Assembly (NCBI GenBank): GCA_042408215.1
Contig: JAYFMW010000006.1
Span: forward strand, 640,001 to 704,000
Length of the DNA: 64,000 nt
From: Microcoleus sp.
Lineage (GTDB): Bacteria > Cyanobacteriota > Cyanobacteriia > Cyanobacteriales > Microcoleaceae
Direction of reading: 5' to 3'
Positions 47,796 to 59,364 of the stretch are shown piece by piece (position 1 is the first letter of the stretch; each line of letters opens with the position of its first letter). Position numbers and translations under genes: made by a program. Under the pieces are notes generated by a model. The model searched no databases. It was not told the origin of the DNA and was given only the letters and a program-made list of their open reading frames with translations.

Positions 47796-48686
47796 ATGGT
47801 GACAATAAAATCTGGGCGTTTTAACTGGTTGGACAATGAGTCGATCGCAGCTTGGACTTTCCTCGCGCCGGCTTTGCTGTTTCTGGGTATTTTTTTGATT
47901 TGGCCGATCGGCTATTTATTTTACCTCAGCTTTACCAGTGGCAGTTTTACCCAGTCGGGTATCCGTTTAATTGGCTTAAAAAACTACTGGCGCTTGCTCG
48001 ACAACCCGGATTTCTGGCAAGTTCTCCAAAACACCATCTATTTTACTACTGCTACAGTCATTCCTAGCTTAGTTATTCCCTTGGGTTTAGCAGTCTTGCT
48101 AAATCGATCGTTTGCTGGGCGAGGCGCTCTCCGTACCGCCTATTTTATTCCTTCTATTACCTCTTTAGTTGCCGTTGGCTTGGGTTGGCGCTGGCTGTTT
48201 CAAACCGAAGGCCCAGTCAATAATATACTAATGTCGATCGGCCTCAATCCGATCCCTTGGCTCAGTAGCACAGTTTGGGCAATGCCAGTCATAATTCTTC
48301 TAAGTATTTGGAAACAATTAGGCTTTAATATGGTAGTATTTTTAGCAGGACTACAAGCAATTCCGGTCAACCGCTACGAAGCCGCAGAATTAGATGGAGC
48401 TAATGCTTGGCAGCAATTCCGGTACATCACTTTACCCGGTTTGCGGCCGACTTTGGTGTTTGCTACTGTCACAACTGCTATTTTTACCCTGCGGAGTTTC
48501 GAGCAAGTTTATGCGATCACTGGTGGCGGCCCTTTGAACTCTACTAATTTGCTAGTTTATTATATTTACGAGCAAGCTTTTTCGCAATTTGATTTTGGCT
48601 ACGCAGCCGCCGCGGCAACTTTGCTGATGGCTGTGGCTTTGGTATTAGTTTATTTGCAACTAAAGGTTTGGGGCGAAGATTCTTGA
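47796..48686 (+). CDS. Carbohydrate ABC transporter permease
   Basis: EAA loop YEAAELDGANAWQQFRYITLP. Confidence 0.93.
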   Translation: MVTIKSGRFNWLDNESIAAWTFLAPALLFLGIFLIWPIGYLFYLSFTSGSFTQSGIRLIGLKNYWRLLDNPDFWQVLQNTIYFTTATVIPSLVIPLGLAVLLNRSFAGRGALRTAYFIPSITSLVAVGLGWRWLFQTEGPVNNILMSIGLNPIPWLSSTVWAMPVIILLSIWKQLGFNMVVFLAGLQAIPVNRYEAAELDGANAWQQFRYITLPGLRPTLVFATVTTAIFTLRSFEQVYAITGGGPLNSTNLLVYYIYEQAFSQFDFGYAAAAATLLMAVALVLVYLQLKVWGEDS

Positions 48687-48889
48687 GTCCTGTTGAAAGA
48701 GGTAGATTGCGATTTACGGTTGCGTGGAGGCGGGTTTATTGAGATTGTTGGTAGTTGTTAGATATTGTTGGTGAACCCTTCGACTACGCTCAGGGCATCG
48801 CCCGCCCCTACATAATTATTGATATTAGTGGGGGCGGATTTGTTTAACTTGAGGGAAAAGCAGGGGCTGCTAAAAGTCAAGTTGCAGAA

Positions 48890-49036
48890 CTATTGGATGA
48901 TATGGAAATAGTAGGCTGCAACCAGAAAATTGATACCTAGTAGTACCAAAAACCAGGCCATCCGAAAGGTGTAAGGTGGCTTGCCCGTTTTCATCACGGA
49001 TTCGGATTTTAGTTGATTCTTCACTATCTCTGCCAT
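48890..49036 (-). CDS. psaX: Photosystem I subunit PsaX (48 aa; absent from the ORF track)
   Basis: MAEIVKNQLKSESVMKTGKPPYTFRMAWFLVLLGINFLVAAYYFHIIQ; AGGAG RBS upstream. Confidence 0.92.
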   Translation of the reverse strand: MAEIVKNQLKSESVMKTGKPPYTFRMAWFLVLLGINFLVAAYYFHIIQ

Positions 49037-49058
49037 AGGTCAAACTCCTAATTAATCT

Positions 49059-49569
49059 TTGACACTCCCCAGCTATCAAGGCGTGGGGATTCTTGGTTCT
49101 AGCGACACACCTTAAAACTAGCTATCCTTGCGGCAATACTTAAACCAAATATCCGTTCAAAGGAACCAAATATCGAGCCTAATTTAGTTAGTCCCAGAGG
49201 GTTTGATCTCCCCAAGCGTTCGAGAATTACTTCTCATGTTACCGGATGTCCTACGGTACGTTTTAACTTCCCAAAATTTACTTTTCTGATTTGGGCTGAC
49301 ATTAGTCAGCCTAGCTATGTTTTTCGTGGTTTTCGCCACCCACTAACCATTATTGTTTTCCGACCCGTCGTTTGAGCTTAGTGTCTCATGTGTATCGGCG
49401 GTTATTCTACCTGTGGCATAAGTATTATTGTACTCTATTTTAAAGAGAATGCAAGGAAATTTGAAAAATAGATATTAAATGCTTGAATGCTTATAAGGTA
49501 GACCCTTAATTAAAGCCATCCTATAAGGACGGGGCTTTAGCCCGACGCTACGCTCCGCCCAATTTTGTG
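49059..49569 (-). mobile_element. Non-autonomous IS200/IS605 (IS608-type) element without tnpA/tnpB
   Basis: Left end TTAC|...AAAG plus hairpin; right end GAAT-hairpin-TCAA; tnpB 3'-end-like sequence retained. Confidence 0.85.
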
Positions 49570-49602
49570 GTAACTAGGAATTTATACTGAGTGGGATTAG
49601 TT

Positions 49603-50685
49603 TTAATCGCTCTCTCCGGCGTGGTAGGAACTGCGGACGAGAGGGCCCGATCGCACGCGCCCAAAGCCCATCTCCCCCGCGATGCCCCCCAAATGGTCAA
49701 ATTCAGCGGGAGTCCAGTATTTTCGCACTGGGAGGTGTTCTAGAGATGGTCTCATGTATTGACCGAGGGTGAGTCGATCGCACCCCGCAGCCCGCAAATC
49801 GGCCATCGCTGCGACTATCTCCGCTTCCGTTTCCCCGTGCCCCAACATCAAACCCGATTTGGTGGGAATGCTGGGGTCAAATTCCTTAACAATGCGGAGA
49901 ACGTCCAGGGAGCGATCGTACTTGGCCCCCCTCCGCACAAGCCCTTGCAACCGGCGCACTGTCTCAATATTGTGGTTGTAACAAGCCGGTTTAGCCTCCA
50001 CAACCGTCCGAATTCGCGATCGCTGCAATTCATCTAAGGGGCTGCACGTCTCCACATCGGGGGCGGGCACGGGGGCGGGCACGGGGGCGGGCACGGGGGC
50101 ACCGCCCCTACCTCCCCAAAAATCTGCTGTTAGTACCTCAATTTGAGTATCGGGGTTTAATTGTCGGATGGCTGCGATCGTCATCGCAAACCAACCTGCA
50201 CCCCCATCCGGCAAATCATCCCTCGCCACCGAAGTCAGCACCGCATAGCGCAAACCCAGCAGATTTACTGCTTCCGCTACCTTTTGCGGTTCTTCGGGGT
50301 CGAGGGGCATGGGAGAATGACCTTTATCTACTTGACAAAATGCACAGGCGCGGGTGCAAGTTGGCCCCATTAATAAAAAAGTTGCCGTTTTTTGGGCATA
50401 GCACTCGCCCCGGTTGGGACATCTGCCCTCCTCGCAAATTGTGTGAATTTGCCGCTGCTTAATGATTTTTTGTACTTCGGAGAGTTCGCTAGCTTTGCCA
50501 ATTGGGCGGCGCAGCCACTCCGGTATCAGCTCAATTTCAGCCCGCATTTGGGCGGAACTTGCTTTGGCTGCGGGAGTTTGAGGGGCTTGGGATGGCATAA
50601 TATGAAGTGCGATCGGGTTAATGCTGTCGATCGTAGCCGAAATCAAAGTCCCCTGAACTTTGCAAGAATCCTGCCCAAAATCCAA
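49603..50685 (-). CDS. lipA: Lipoyl synthase (start likely about 50598)
   Basis: [30 protein letters not shown]. Confidence 0.97.
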   Translation of the reverse strand: MDFGQDSCKVQGTLISATIDSINPIALHIMPSQAPQTPAAKASSAQMRAEIELIPEWLRRPIGKASELSEVQKIIKQRQIHTICEEGRCPNRGECYAQKTATFLLMGPTCTRACAFCQVDKGHSPMPLDPEEPQKVAEAVNLLGLRYAVLTSVARDDLPDGGAGWFAMTIAAIRQLNPDTQIEVLTADFWGGRGGAPVPAPVPAPVPAPDVETCSPLDELQRSRIRTVVEAKPACYNHNIETVRRLQGLVRRGAKYDRSLDVLRIVKEFDPSIPTKSGLMLGHGETEAEIVAAMADLRAAGCDRLTLGQYMRPSLEHLPVRKYWTPAEFDHLGGIAGEMGFGRVRSGPLVRSSYHAGESD

Positions 50686-50927
50686 ATCGCCCTCAGTTGT
50701 AGCAAAAACTAAACTCAGACAGGATTCTGGGCAGAATCAGGTCTTTATGTCATATAGAATGAATTTAGCCGATCGGATTTAGGTGAAAAACCTTGGTAGT
50801 ATGTTACATCCTATAGGAATAAGTAGCCTCTACAGTATCAAAGCAAATAATCAGATTGGCTAATTGCTGTCAGCGAAAACCAAGCGGTCAGCAAAATTAT
50901 AAGTGCTTGTAGAGATTTCTACGGGCA

Positions 50928-51566
50928 TTGGTTAATATGTATTTGTTAGCAAATGTTAGCAAAAAAGTATCGGTTGCAAATCATCACTCATTACTGAAGG
51001 AGTCAGTCGTGGCTGGTCAAAAAATCTTAGTCATCGATGACAGTAAAGTCATCCGCGTCCGAGTCCGAGAGATGTTACCCCAGGGTAACTGTGAAGTTCT
51101 AGAAGCAAAAGACGGGGAAGAGGGACTAAAGCTGATCCGTGAAGCCCGTCCCAATCTAATTATGTTAGATTTCCTACTGCCCAAAGTCAGTGGTTGGGAA
51201 GTGTATCAAAAAGTTCAAGCCCATCCCGAACTGTCCAAGATCCCCTTGGTGATCATGTCTGGTAGGGAAGAAGAAGTAATGGAGAAAATTCCTAAACCCT
51301 TTGAGAAGCATTTTTTTGCATTTATCGCCAAACCCTTCGAGAAAAAGCAGCTAACCGAGGCGATTAAATTAGCGATGGTATTGGCTAAAAAGAAACCAGT
51401 ACCAGAAGCCCCAGCCACCCCTGCTGCCGCACCGAGTTCGGGAGCAGGTGCTGCTGAAATTCAGGCGATGACCCTGAAAATGGCCAAAATGCAAGCTGAA
51501 ATTGACACACTCAAGAAACAAATGACTCAGGTGATTACTATCATCAAGCAAATGAAGTCGAAATAA
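50928..51566 (+). CDS. Response regulator receiver with C-terminal coiled coil (start likely GTG 51009)
   Basis: KILVIDDS, LIMLDFLLPKVSGWEV, IAKPF. Confidence 0.9.
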   Translation: MVNMYLLANVSKKVSVANHHSLLKESVVAGQKILVIDDSKVIRVRVREMLPQGNCEVLEAKDGEEGLKLIREARPNLIMLDFLLPKVSGWEVYQKVQAHPELSKIPLVIMSGREEEVMEKIPKPFEKHFFAFIAKPFEKKQLTEAIKLAMVLAKKKPVPEAPATPAAAPSSGAGAAEIQAMTLKMAKMQAEIDTLKKQMTQVITIIKQMKSK

Positions 51567-51691
51567 TGCTGCTTTCCCAAGGTAGAAGGTAGAAGACAAC
51601 TTTCACACCTTGAAAGTTTCTCTAATCAATTAAAAGTTACCCATCAAAACAGGGAGGAAATTATTATTAATCTTTAGCTGAAATTTTTTAT

Positions 51692-52837
51692 TTGCCGATC
51701 GTCCCGCACTCAATTATCAACTCCTCAGTCTCATTTTTTTTGTTCATGACTAACGACTATTCCGATTTTTTGCCTCAACTGCGTGCCTCAACTGAGCAAT
51801 TATTGAAAAGATTAGACTGTTTCGATCGAGCACAGGTATTAGCGATCGGAGATTTGACCTTGGACGAGTTTGTTACCGGACAAGTAGAGCGAATTTCCCG
51901 CGAAGCACCAGTGTTGATTTTGCGCTACGAAAATACTCGGCAAGTACCGGGAGGTGGCGCAAATGCTGTCTATAATTTAGCCAAACTGGGAGGCCAAGTA
52001 AAAGTTGCTGGTTTGGTGGGAAAAGATGACCAAGGAAAGGCTTTGTGCGGTATTTTTGAGGCTGCGGGAATTGATACGGCTGGCATTTTCGTCGATTCCC
52101 AGCGTCCAACAGTCACCAAAACTCGCATTTCCGGGCACGCGCGGCAGTCTGTGACTCAGCAAATCGTCCGAGTCGATCGCAAATCCGACGAGTTACCAAA
52201 TTTAGATTTGCAGTTACAATTAGCAGATTATATCCGCCAGCAAATACCGACAGTAGATGCAGTGGTTTGTTCCGACTACGGCGACGGAGTGTTGACTAAT
52301 TTGGCGATCGAATCGGCTGTTGTTCGTGGTAAAACAATTGTGGATGCTCAAACAAATTTGCAGCGATATTCTGGAGCAATGTTATTTACTCCGAACTTAC
52401 CAGAAGCCGAACAAGCAGTCGGATATGCTATTAATAATTCTCAAACTTTAATGCAAGCAGGACGCGATTTGTTGAACTTAACTCAAGCTCAAAAAATCCT
52501 AATTACTCGCGGTGAAGAAGGGATGAGTTTATTTGAAAGGGTGAAGGTTGAAGCCATCAAAAACTCACCCCCTCCAACCTCCACTTGCCAATCCGGGGAA
52601 TTTTCAATTCAAAGTTGGGATATTCCCCCTTTTAACAAGACTGATGTATTTGACGTAACCGGTGCTGGGGATACAGTAGTAGCAGCAATGACTTTAGCTT
52701 TGTGCGTTGGTGCATCTGGTTGGGAAGCGGCGGTTTTGGGCAATTTAGCGGCTAGCATTGTCGTGCGTCAATTTGGTACGGCGACGACAACAACAGAGGA
52801 GATGAAAGAAGCTCTGAAAGCGATGATTTATGAGTAG
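51692..52837 (+). CDS. RfaE/HldA-like heptose-7-phosphate kinase (PfkB family)
   Basis: ERISREAPV, PGGGANAVYN, FDVTGAGDTVVA. Confidence 0.9.
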   Translation: MPIVPHSIINSSVSFFLFMTNDYSDFLPQLRASTEQLLKRLDCFDRAQVLAIGDLTLDEFVTGQVERISREAPVLILRYENTRQVPGGGANAVYNLAKLGGQVKVAGLVGKDDQGKALCGIFEAAGIDTAGIFVDSQRPTVTKTRISGHARQSVTQQIVRVDRKSDELPNLDLQLQLADYIRQQIPTVDAVVCSDYGDGVLTNLAIESAVVRGKTIVDAQTNLQRYSGAMLFTPNLPEAEQAVGYAINNSQTLMQAGRDLLNLTQAQKILITRGEEGMSLFERVKVEAIKNSPPPTSTCQSGEFSIQSWDIPPFNKTDVFDVTGAGDTVVAAMTLALCVGASGWEAAVLGNLAASIVVRQFGTATTTTEEMKEALKAMIYE

Positions 52838-52840
52838 TAA

Positions 52841-53069
52841 TTTGGCCGTTGGCCGTTGGCCGTTGGCCGTTGGTTATTTGTTGGTAGGAAGAATTAAGAA
52901 TTAAGAATTAATAACTAATTCCCAATTCCCAATTCCCAATTCCCAATGACCAATTCCCAATGACCAATTCCCAATTCCCAATTCCCAATTCCCAATTCCC
53001 AATTCCCAATTCCCAATTCCCAATTCCCAATTCACCAATTCCCAATTCCCAATTCCCAATTCCCAATGA
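52841..53069. repeat. Heptamer STRR cluster (TTGGCCG)n, (AAGAATT)n, (CCCAATT)n
   Basis: Directly visible between convergent genes. Confidence 0.92.
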
Positions 53070-54896
53070 CTACTTACTTGTTTTCAAAATTAGCCCCTTG
53101 TCATCAATTTTCAAACCAGTATTCGGAAAATCGCTTTTCGTAAGACTACGAATCAACCCCACACTTCTAAAATCCTCATCCACAGAAGGAAGGCCCCGCC
53201 CATCAAGTTCCACTGGGATAATCTTACCAGAAACAAAATCCCCTTGTGGATTCATTTTCACATCCAAAATCAGAGATTGACCGAGTTCTCCAGCCGTCGA
53301 GAGGGTGCGGTATCCCATAAAATTACCCAGCGAATACGCAATCAATTTCCCTTTGTAAAGTTCCAAAGCTCTCGTAACGTGCGGGCCATGTCCCAAAATC
53401 AAATCCGCTCCCGCATCAATCATAGTTCGCGAAAACAAAACCATATTTCCCCGGTTTTCTCCGTAAAAGAACTCAGTTTTATTTCTCACATTGAGAGCAC
53501 CCGTTCCTTCAGCTCCAGCATGAACTGAGATGACTACAATATCAGCCTTTTCCTTAGCTTTTTTGACAATTTCTGACCCCGCTTTCAGTTCCAGTAAGGA
53601 ATTGTGAACTTCGCCATAGTTGCTGAAACCGATAAAAGCAAAGTTCACACCTTTGACATTTTTGTAGACAATTTGACCTTTTTTGCCAACGGACTTCATG
53701 CCGTTGCTTTCAATGTTTTTAATCGTGTCATTAAATCCCTGCTCGTTAAAATCGTAAGAATGATTGTTGGCAATATTCAAAATATTAAAGCCAGCTTCTT
53801 TCAAGATTTTGGCATAACTCGGAGGCGTCCGAAAAGCAAACAGCATACCTCCGCCGCCTCCTTTGGAACTGTAGGGATAATCGGTCATCGTGCTTTCAAA
53901 ATTGCCAAACAGAATATCAGCGCCTTTAAGGTACGGTTTGACTGACTCAAATAAAAGCTCCTTTTTTTCTGGCAGTTTGTTGTAGGGGAAATTCGTGCCG
54001 GGGATGATGTCTCCAACTGCTTTGATGCTGACTGTTACTGGTAGATTGACAGGTTTTTGTGCAGCCTGAGAGGGTGATTTTGGAGCTGGGAGAGGCCGGG
54101 TGGTGGGTACTGGGGAGGGGGTCGATTCCCTAGGGGATAGCTGCGCCGCGCGTACTTTTTGTACCGCAGGCTTTGCCGTTTGAGGGTTATTGGGAGCGGT
54201 GCTTGAGGATTTGTACAGTTGAGAACCTAGAACCAAGGCAGATATGGGAACTAAAATCAGGCTGAGAGTACCGATTGAAAGCCAAGATTTGTGAGGTTTG
54301 CTGGCCACCAACTCTGGTTTTTGTGGTTGTGGCTGTGGTTGTGGCTGTGGTTGTGGCTGTGGTTGTGGCTGTGGTTGTGGCTGTGGCTGTGGCTGTGGCT
54401 GCGCTGGCTGTGGCTGGCTGGTTGGTTTTGGAGTTTCAATTGTAGCTGGTTTTGGTGGCGATTTTTCTATGGTTTGAGTCGCCGTACTTCTGACATTGGG
54501 GGTTTTTTCTATTTTTTGCAAAGCCGCAGAAATTGCGGAAGCCGATGCACTTGCGGACTCGGAAGTCAAGGGTTGTTTTAATTCTACCCTTTGAGTCCAA
54601 GCAGGCAATTGATGGTCAATCTTTCGCCCGTAAATTGTCAGGGAACATACGTTATTTGGTTGCAGTCGCTGCAAGCCTTTGACTGCGACTCTGATGCAGG
54701 CTTCTTTAGCCGGCAAGTGTTCTCCTTCCAGCAGCAAATGCAGGCTGTCTGATTCTCGACTGGCTTTAGCCGTGACGCCAAAGCTTTGTAGTGCTTGACC
54801 GATCAGAAAGGCGATCGCCTGAGCATCGCCTTCTTTTGCTAAATTTAAAATATCTTGTTGGCTCACAAATGTCTCCACTCTCACACTAAAAACCAC
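53070..54896 (-). CDS. CapA/PGA_cap metallophosphatase-family protein with a (PQ)n linker
   Basis: [45 protein letters not shown]. Confidence 0.9.
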   Translation of the reverse strand: MVFSVRVETFVSQQDILNLAKEGDAQAIAFLIGQALQSFGVTAKASRESDSLHLLLEGEHLPAKEACIRVAVKGLQRLQPNNVCSLTIYGRKIDHQLPAWTQRVELKQPLTSESASASASAISAALQKIEKTPNVRSTATQTIEKSPPKPATIETPKPTSQPQPAQPQPQPQPQPQPQPQPQPQPQPQPQPQKPELVASKPHKSWLSIGTLSLILVPISALVLGSQLYKSSSTAPNNPQTAKPAVQKVRAAQLSPRESTPSPVPTTRPLPAPKSPSQAAQKPVNLPVTVSIKAVGDIIPGTNFPYNKLPEKKELLFESVKPYLKGADILFGNFESTMTDYPYSSKGGGGGMLFAFRTPPSYAKILKEAGFNILNIANNHSYDFNEQGFNDTIKNIESNGMKSVGKKGQIVYKNVKGVNFAFIGFSNYGEVHNSLLELKAGSEIVKKAKEKADIVVISVHAGAEGTGALNVRNKTEFFYGENRGNMVLFSRTMIDAGADLILGHGPHVTRALELYKGKLIAYSLGNFMGYRTLSTAGELGQSLILDVKMNPQGDFVSGKIIPVELDGRGLPSVDEDFRSVGLIRSLTKSDFPNTGLKIDDKGLILKTSK

Positions 54897-55492
54897 CTCG
54901 ATCTTATAACAATTTTGGCTGTACAGGATTAAATACGAATTGATTTAACTTGAACTTGCTCTCAATTGGTAGGTCTAAGGTGGGGTGTGCATGGAGCCCT
55001 AGGAATAGAGTTGGTGCGTAAGCAGATATTTTAGTCGATCGCCCAAACACTTCCATCCGGCATAATTTCCCCCTTTAAATTAACATCAGTCAAATCAGCA
55101 CCCTCTTCGCGGTGAATCCGAGACACCGTTACTCACCTTCGCACCAAAAGCGATCGGGCCGATCATTCTGTTTATTTAATTTCAGTAGATTGCAACTTGG
55201 GGTACTGGGAATATAGATATAGCAGTTCTTTACTGTATTAAAAAATTAGCCGTATAAGTTTATAGTTCCCTTGCCTCAAAACCAGAACCTATGCGTTCCT
55301 TTAATCACAGGAGCAATAGTTTTAATTAGCTCAATTAAAGAATGGGAATTGAGAGAGAGGAGGTAATTGGTAAACTTTCTTGTCCTGTTTTGTCCGTCAC
55401 ATCCCTATTCCGACTTCTGCCGCCGAGATGGTCTTGCAAAAGGAGAGGGGGACTGCTCGTCCGCTTGTTAAACTCTTTCTCATGCCTGTTGT

Positions 55493-55633
55493 ACCAATTT
55501 TTTATGAGGCTGCATAGAATCTGATCCCCCCTAACCCCCCTTAATAAGGGGGGGACAAGAGTGTGGTCAAAGTCCCCCTTATTAAGGGGGATTTAGGGGG
55601 ATCGGAATATATGCAACTTCAAATTAAATTGGT
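55493..55633. mobile_element. MITE-like element with imperfect 24-bp TIRs enclosing the CCCCCTTAATAAGGGGG cassette
   Basis: ACCAATTTTTTATGAGGCTGCATA...TATGCAACTTCAAATTAAATTGGT. Confidence 0.7.
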
Positions 55634-56046
55634 GTTGCTGAGAACTCGACGCGGTTAGCAAATCACGCCCGCCCGAAATGCGATCGCCCCGCAAAGCTGT
55701 TTATCGCTCTGAGCACCCTAACATGGTATATAGCTGATGTTCTGCTTGCCGATCTGACTCGCAAACAGCATCCCAAACCATTGGCGAGGCCGTTTCTCCA
55801 CCGTTCCCCAGTGACAAAGTTGCAATCAACTTTCCGCTTTCCGCTGTCATGGCCGAGACCACCGCAGTAGCTGTTTTACGCTAATTAGTTCAAAAACTGG
55901 CGTGTCGATCGCACAATTGTGTGACTGCTGCACCAGAGGGCTGCCATCTCAAACCATAATTTTTCCATAGTCCGACGCCAGTTCTGAGTTAGTTGAGCTC
56001 ATAGCAGCTAGGATCGAGCTAACTCAAGCTTACATTAAAGCTCGTC

Positions 56047-57255
56047 ATGCGGCGTTGCCTCTCAAAACCCCGGTTGAGTCTTATGGCGCACTACCGCTCC
56101 AGTTTATTTTTATTCACCTGCATCGCCTGTCTAGGCAGCAGTTTCAGTCCAAGTGCAGAGTCCGGGCAACAGGCCCTCAATTTGTCCTACCGCGTTTTTG
56201 CCCAAGAAACAGCTCAGACCGACTCCCCCTCGGACGATCGTCCTGAGCCTAAGCCCGAAACACCCTCTCCAGCAACCGATAGAAGCAAATCTAAGCCGTC
56301 CCAAACGTCAAAATCCAATTCCAAAATCCCCAAACCGATTGTCAATCTAATCGTTATTTTGTCTCGCCAGCGGGGGTTGTTAATCTTGAGTTTTGCCGCC
56401 GTTGCGATCACGGCAGCGGCAGTGTTTATCATGCTTAAATTAGTTGGCAATGATGAGTCAAATAATTACAAACGAAGACAAGCAAAAATCGAACGCGACC
56501 AACCAAGAAACTCTCAATTCACAAATCCCGCTTCTCAAAAAAAAATCCCGAAAATTCCACAACCAAAGGTTGATTTTGGGCCAGCAACAACTCTGCCACC
56601 CTTGGGCTACTCCTTAGATGTTACAAAAACCTACAGTCCCGAAAGTAGCGATCGACTGTCACCCTTTATTTTAGAACCGGGCGAAGCAGGATCGGAAGAG
56701 GGAGTGGATCAAAAGGACGATCGAATCAATCCCGAAGGCCGCAAAGGTTTCAACATTTCCGAAAAAACTGAGCGAGTGGATTCCCTGGCCAGTCGAGCGA
56801 ATGAAATTGCCAGGCCAGAAACTTCTGAGCAACCTAAACTTGATATTATTGAAGCACTGATTGAAGATTTGCAGCACCTAAATCCAGCCAAGCGTCGCAA
56901 AGCAATTTGGGAACTCGGCCAGCAAGGAGATTCTAGGGCTGTTGAGCCGTTGCTCGACCTCCTAGCAAATTCTGACTCTAAGCAGTACAGTTTAATTTTG
57001 GCGAGTCTCTCGGAAATTGGCATTCGCACGCTCAAACCGATGAATCACGCTTGGTCAATTTCACTGCAAAATGAAAACCCCGAAGTGCGTAAAAATGCGA
57101 TTCGGGATTTGACACGAATTTATGAATTGGTGAATCAAATCAGTCATTTATTGCACCGTGCTACTGACGATCCCGATCCAGAAGTTCAGGAAACAGCTCG
57201 CTGGGCCATCAATCAGTTGAACCGGATTCGCCCTCGTTCAGGAAGGGATAATTAA
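56047..57255 (+). CDS. Membrane-anchored HEAT-repeat protein
   Basis: RRKAIWELGQQGDSRAVEPL, EVRKNAIRDL, EVQETARWAI. Confidence 0.82.
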   Translation: MRRCLSKPRLSLMAHYRSSLFLFTCIACLGSSFSPSAESGQQALNLSYRVFAQETAQTDSPSDDRPEPKPETPSPATDRSKSKPSQTSKSNSKIPKPIVNLIVILSRQRGLLILSFAAVAITAAAVFIMLKLVGNDESNNYKRRQAKIERDQPRNSQFTNPASQKKIPKIPQPKVDFGPATTLPPLGYSLDVTKTYSPESSDRLSPFILEPGEAGSEEGVDQKDDRINPEGRKGFNISEKTERVDSLASRANEIARPETSEQPKLDIIEALIEDLQHLNPAKRRKAIWELGQQGDSRAVEPLLDLLANSDSKQYSLILASLSEIGIRTLKPMNHAWSISLQNENPEVRKNAIRDLTRIYELVNQISHLLHRATDDPDPEVQETARWAINQLNRIRPRSGRDN

Positions 57256-57381
57256 TCATTTGTTCCCATCGAAATTATTCATCTCTCTCTGCTCTTCCTC
57301 TGCGTTCTCTGCGTTCTCTGCGGTTAAAACATTCCGGTGCAACCGAATGTGATATAACAAATAACCAATCACAAATAACCC

Positions 57382-58467
57382 ATGAAAAATAACAAAATAA
57401 AAATATTATTTCTCTCAACTTCTGTCGGCAAACTCGGTTCTGGATTAGGCGGCGGAGTCGAACTTACGGTTCTCAACATTGCGAAAGAATTGCAGCGTCG
57501 CGGCCATAAAATAGCAGTGGTAGCGCCTGTAGATTCAGTTTTAGAATCAATTCCAGTCATCGAAATAACTGGTGATTTGCAAGTAACTGCCCAAACGCAA
57601 GATTACGCTGCTCCGATTGTGATGCCGGCAGATTCTGTGCTGGCAAATATGTGGGAATATGCTCGAAAAGTTGAGCAGGAATGGGATGTTATTGTTAATT
57701 TTGCCTACGATTGGTTGCCGTTTTATTTGACACCATTTTTTAAGACTCCGATCGCACATTTGATCAGCATGGCATCCCTTTCGGCATTCCTCGATCGCAT
57801 AGCCGAACAAATAGCAGTCCAGTTTCCTGGTACGATCGGAGTTCACACCGCGAATCAAGCCCAAACATTCGCCTTTGCTGATGGATGTCAGTTGTTGGGA
57901 AACGGCATAGATTTATCCCTGTACGAATTTTGCGACAAACCAGAGTCCAAATTAGCTTGGCTAGGCCGCATCGCCCCGGAGAAAGGCTTAGAAGATGCCG
58001 TAGCAGCAGCGAAAATTACAAACATTCCCCTCAAAATTATGGGCAAAATGCAGGATGAGGATTATTGGCAAAAAATTTGTGCAGATTACCCCGATGCTCC
58101 GGTAGAATATTTAGGGTTTCTGACCACAACCCAAATGCAAGAGCAAGTCCGAAAGTGTCAAGCATTGTTGATGACACCGCGCTGGGTGGAAGCTTTCGGA
58201 AATGTCGCCGTTGAGGCCTTAGCCTGCGGTGTGCCTGTGATTGCCTACGCGCGCGGGGGGCCGGTCGAAATTGTTCGAGACGGACTGACGGGCTTTTTAG
58301 TCGAGCCTGATAGTGTAAATGGTTTGGTAGGTGCGATCGGTCGAATCGACCAAATTGACCGCAGCGCTTGCCGTAGCCAAGCAGAGGTAGAATACTCTTT
58401 AGTAGCTTTGGGCGATCGATTTGAACACTGGTTCAACTCGATCGCTGATAGTAGGGTGCGTCAGTAA
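57382..58467 (+). CDS. Glycosyltransferase family 4
   Basis: GRIAPEKG, EAFGNVAVEALACGVPVI. Confidence 0.93.
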   Translation: MKNNKIKILFLSTSVGKLGSGLGGGVELTVLNIAKELQRRGHKIAVVAPVDSVLESIPVIEITGDLQVTAQTQDYAAPIVMPADSVLANMWEYARKVEQEWDVIVNFAYDWLPFYLTPFFKTPIAHLISMASLSAFLDRIAEQIAVQFPGTIGVHTANQAQTFAFADGCQLLGNGIDLSLYEFCDKPESKLAWLGRIAPEKGLEDAVAAAKITNIPLKIMGKMQDEDYWQKICADYPDAPVEYLGFLTTTQMQEQVRKCQALLMTPRWVEAFGNVAVEALACGVPVIAYARGGPVEIVRDGLTGFLVEPDSVNGLVGAIGRIDQIDRSACRSQAEVEYSLVALGDRFEHWFNSIADSRVRQ

Positions 58468-58602
58468 TAATACTGGCAAATTTTGAGAAAGATCCGCTGA
58501 CTGACGCACCTTACAAGTTTATTGAACAGCAATTCAAATCTATTCTAAAATAGAGTTAAATAAACTCTTAATCAACCACAAAAAAAGACAACAAAAACAA
58601 CT

Positions 58603-59364
58603 ATGGCAACCGAACGTTTAGTGCTTTTATCAAGTAGAGAAATCGAGAAAATGCGCCAAGCAGGCCGCTTAGCAGCCCAACTGTTGCTACATCTCGAACC
58701 AATGGTAAAACCGGGTGTCAGCACTTTAGCAATTAATGACGAAGCCGAACGCTGGACTTTAGCACATGGAGCAAAAAGTGCTCCGCTAGGTTATAAAGGA
58801 TTTCCTAAATCTCTGTGCGCTAGTGTCAATCAAGTAGTCTGTCACGGCATCCCAAATGCTAAACAAATTCTTAAAGAAGGTGACATTATTAATATTGATG
58901 TAACCCCTTTAGTTGATGGTTATCATGGCGATACTTCCAAAACTTTTTTTGTTGGGAAACCTTCGCCTGTCGCTAAAAAGTTAGTGGAAGTAACAGAGGA
59001 ATGTCTGAGAAGAGGAATTGCTGAAGTAAAACCGGGTGCTCGTACCGGCGACATCGGCGCAGCGATTCAAGAGTATGCGGAAGCACAGGGTTTTTCGGTA
59101 GTGCGAAATTTTGCGGGGCACGGGGTTCATCGAGTCTTTCATACGGAACCGGAAATTCTGCACTATGGGAAGCGGGGGACTGGAAAAAAGTTGAGACAAG
59201 GGATGGTTTTTACGATCGAGCCTATGATTAATGAGGGCACTTGGGAAGTGGAAATTCTCGCCGATGGTTGGACTGCTGTGACTCTAGATGGAAAGCTTTC
59301 GGCTCAATTTGAGCACACGTTGGCGGTGACAGATTCTGGGGTAGAAATTCTGACTTTACCGTAG
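58603..59364 (+). CDS. map: Methionine aminopeptidase type I
   Basis: VCHGIP, NIDVT, GYHGDTS, GHGV, FTIEPMIN, SAQFEHT. Confidence 0.97.
   Translation: MATERLVLLSSREIEKMRQAGRLAAQLLLHLEPMVKPGVSTLAINDEAERWTLAHGAKSAPLGYKGFPKSLCASVNQVVCHGIPNAKQILKEGDIINIDVTPLVDGYHGDTSKTFFVGKPSPVAKKLVEVTEECLRRGIAEVKPGARTGDIGAAIQEYAEAQGFSVVRNFAGHGVHRVFHTEPEILHYGKRGTGKKLRQGMVFTIEPMINEGTWEVEILADGWTAVTLDGKLSAQFEHTLAVTDSGVEILTLP

Noticed and set aside
48870..49079. 69-aa ORF in the track
   Set aside because: Wrong frame; the real gene is psaX at 48890-49036.
52960..53280. ORF with SQFPIPN repeats
   Set aside because: Translation of (CCCAATT)n plus the antisense of the CapA gene.
54897..56046. Long intergenic region as an ncRNA or riboswitch
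   Set aside because: Apart from a MITE, no recognisable motif or convincing structure.
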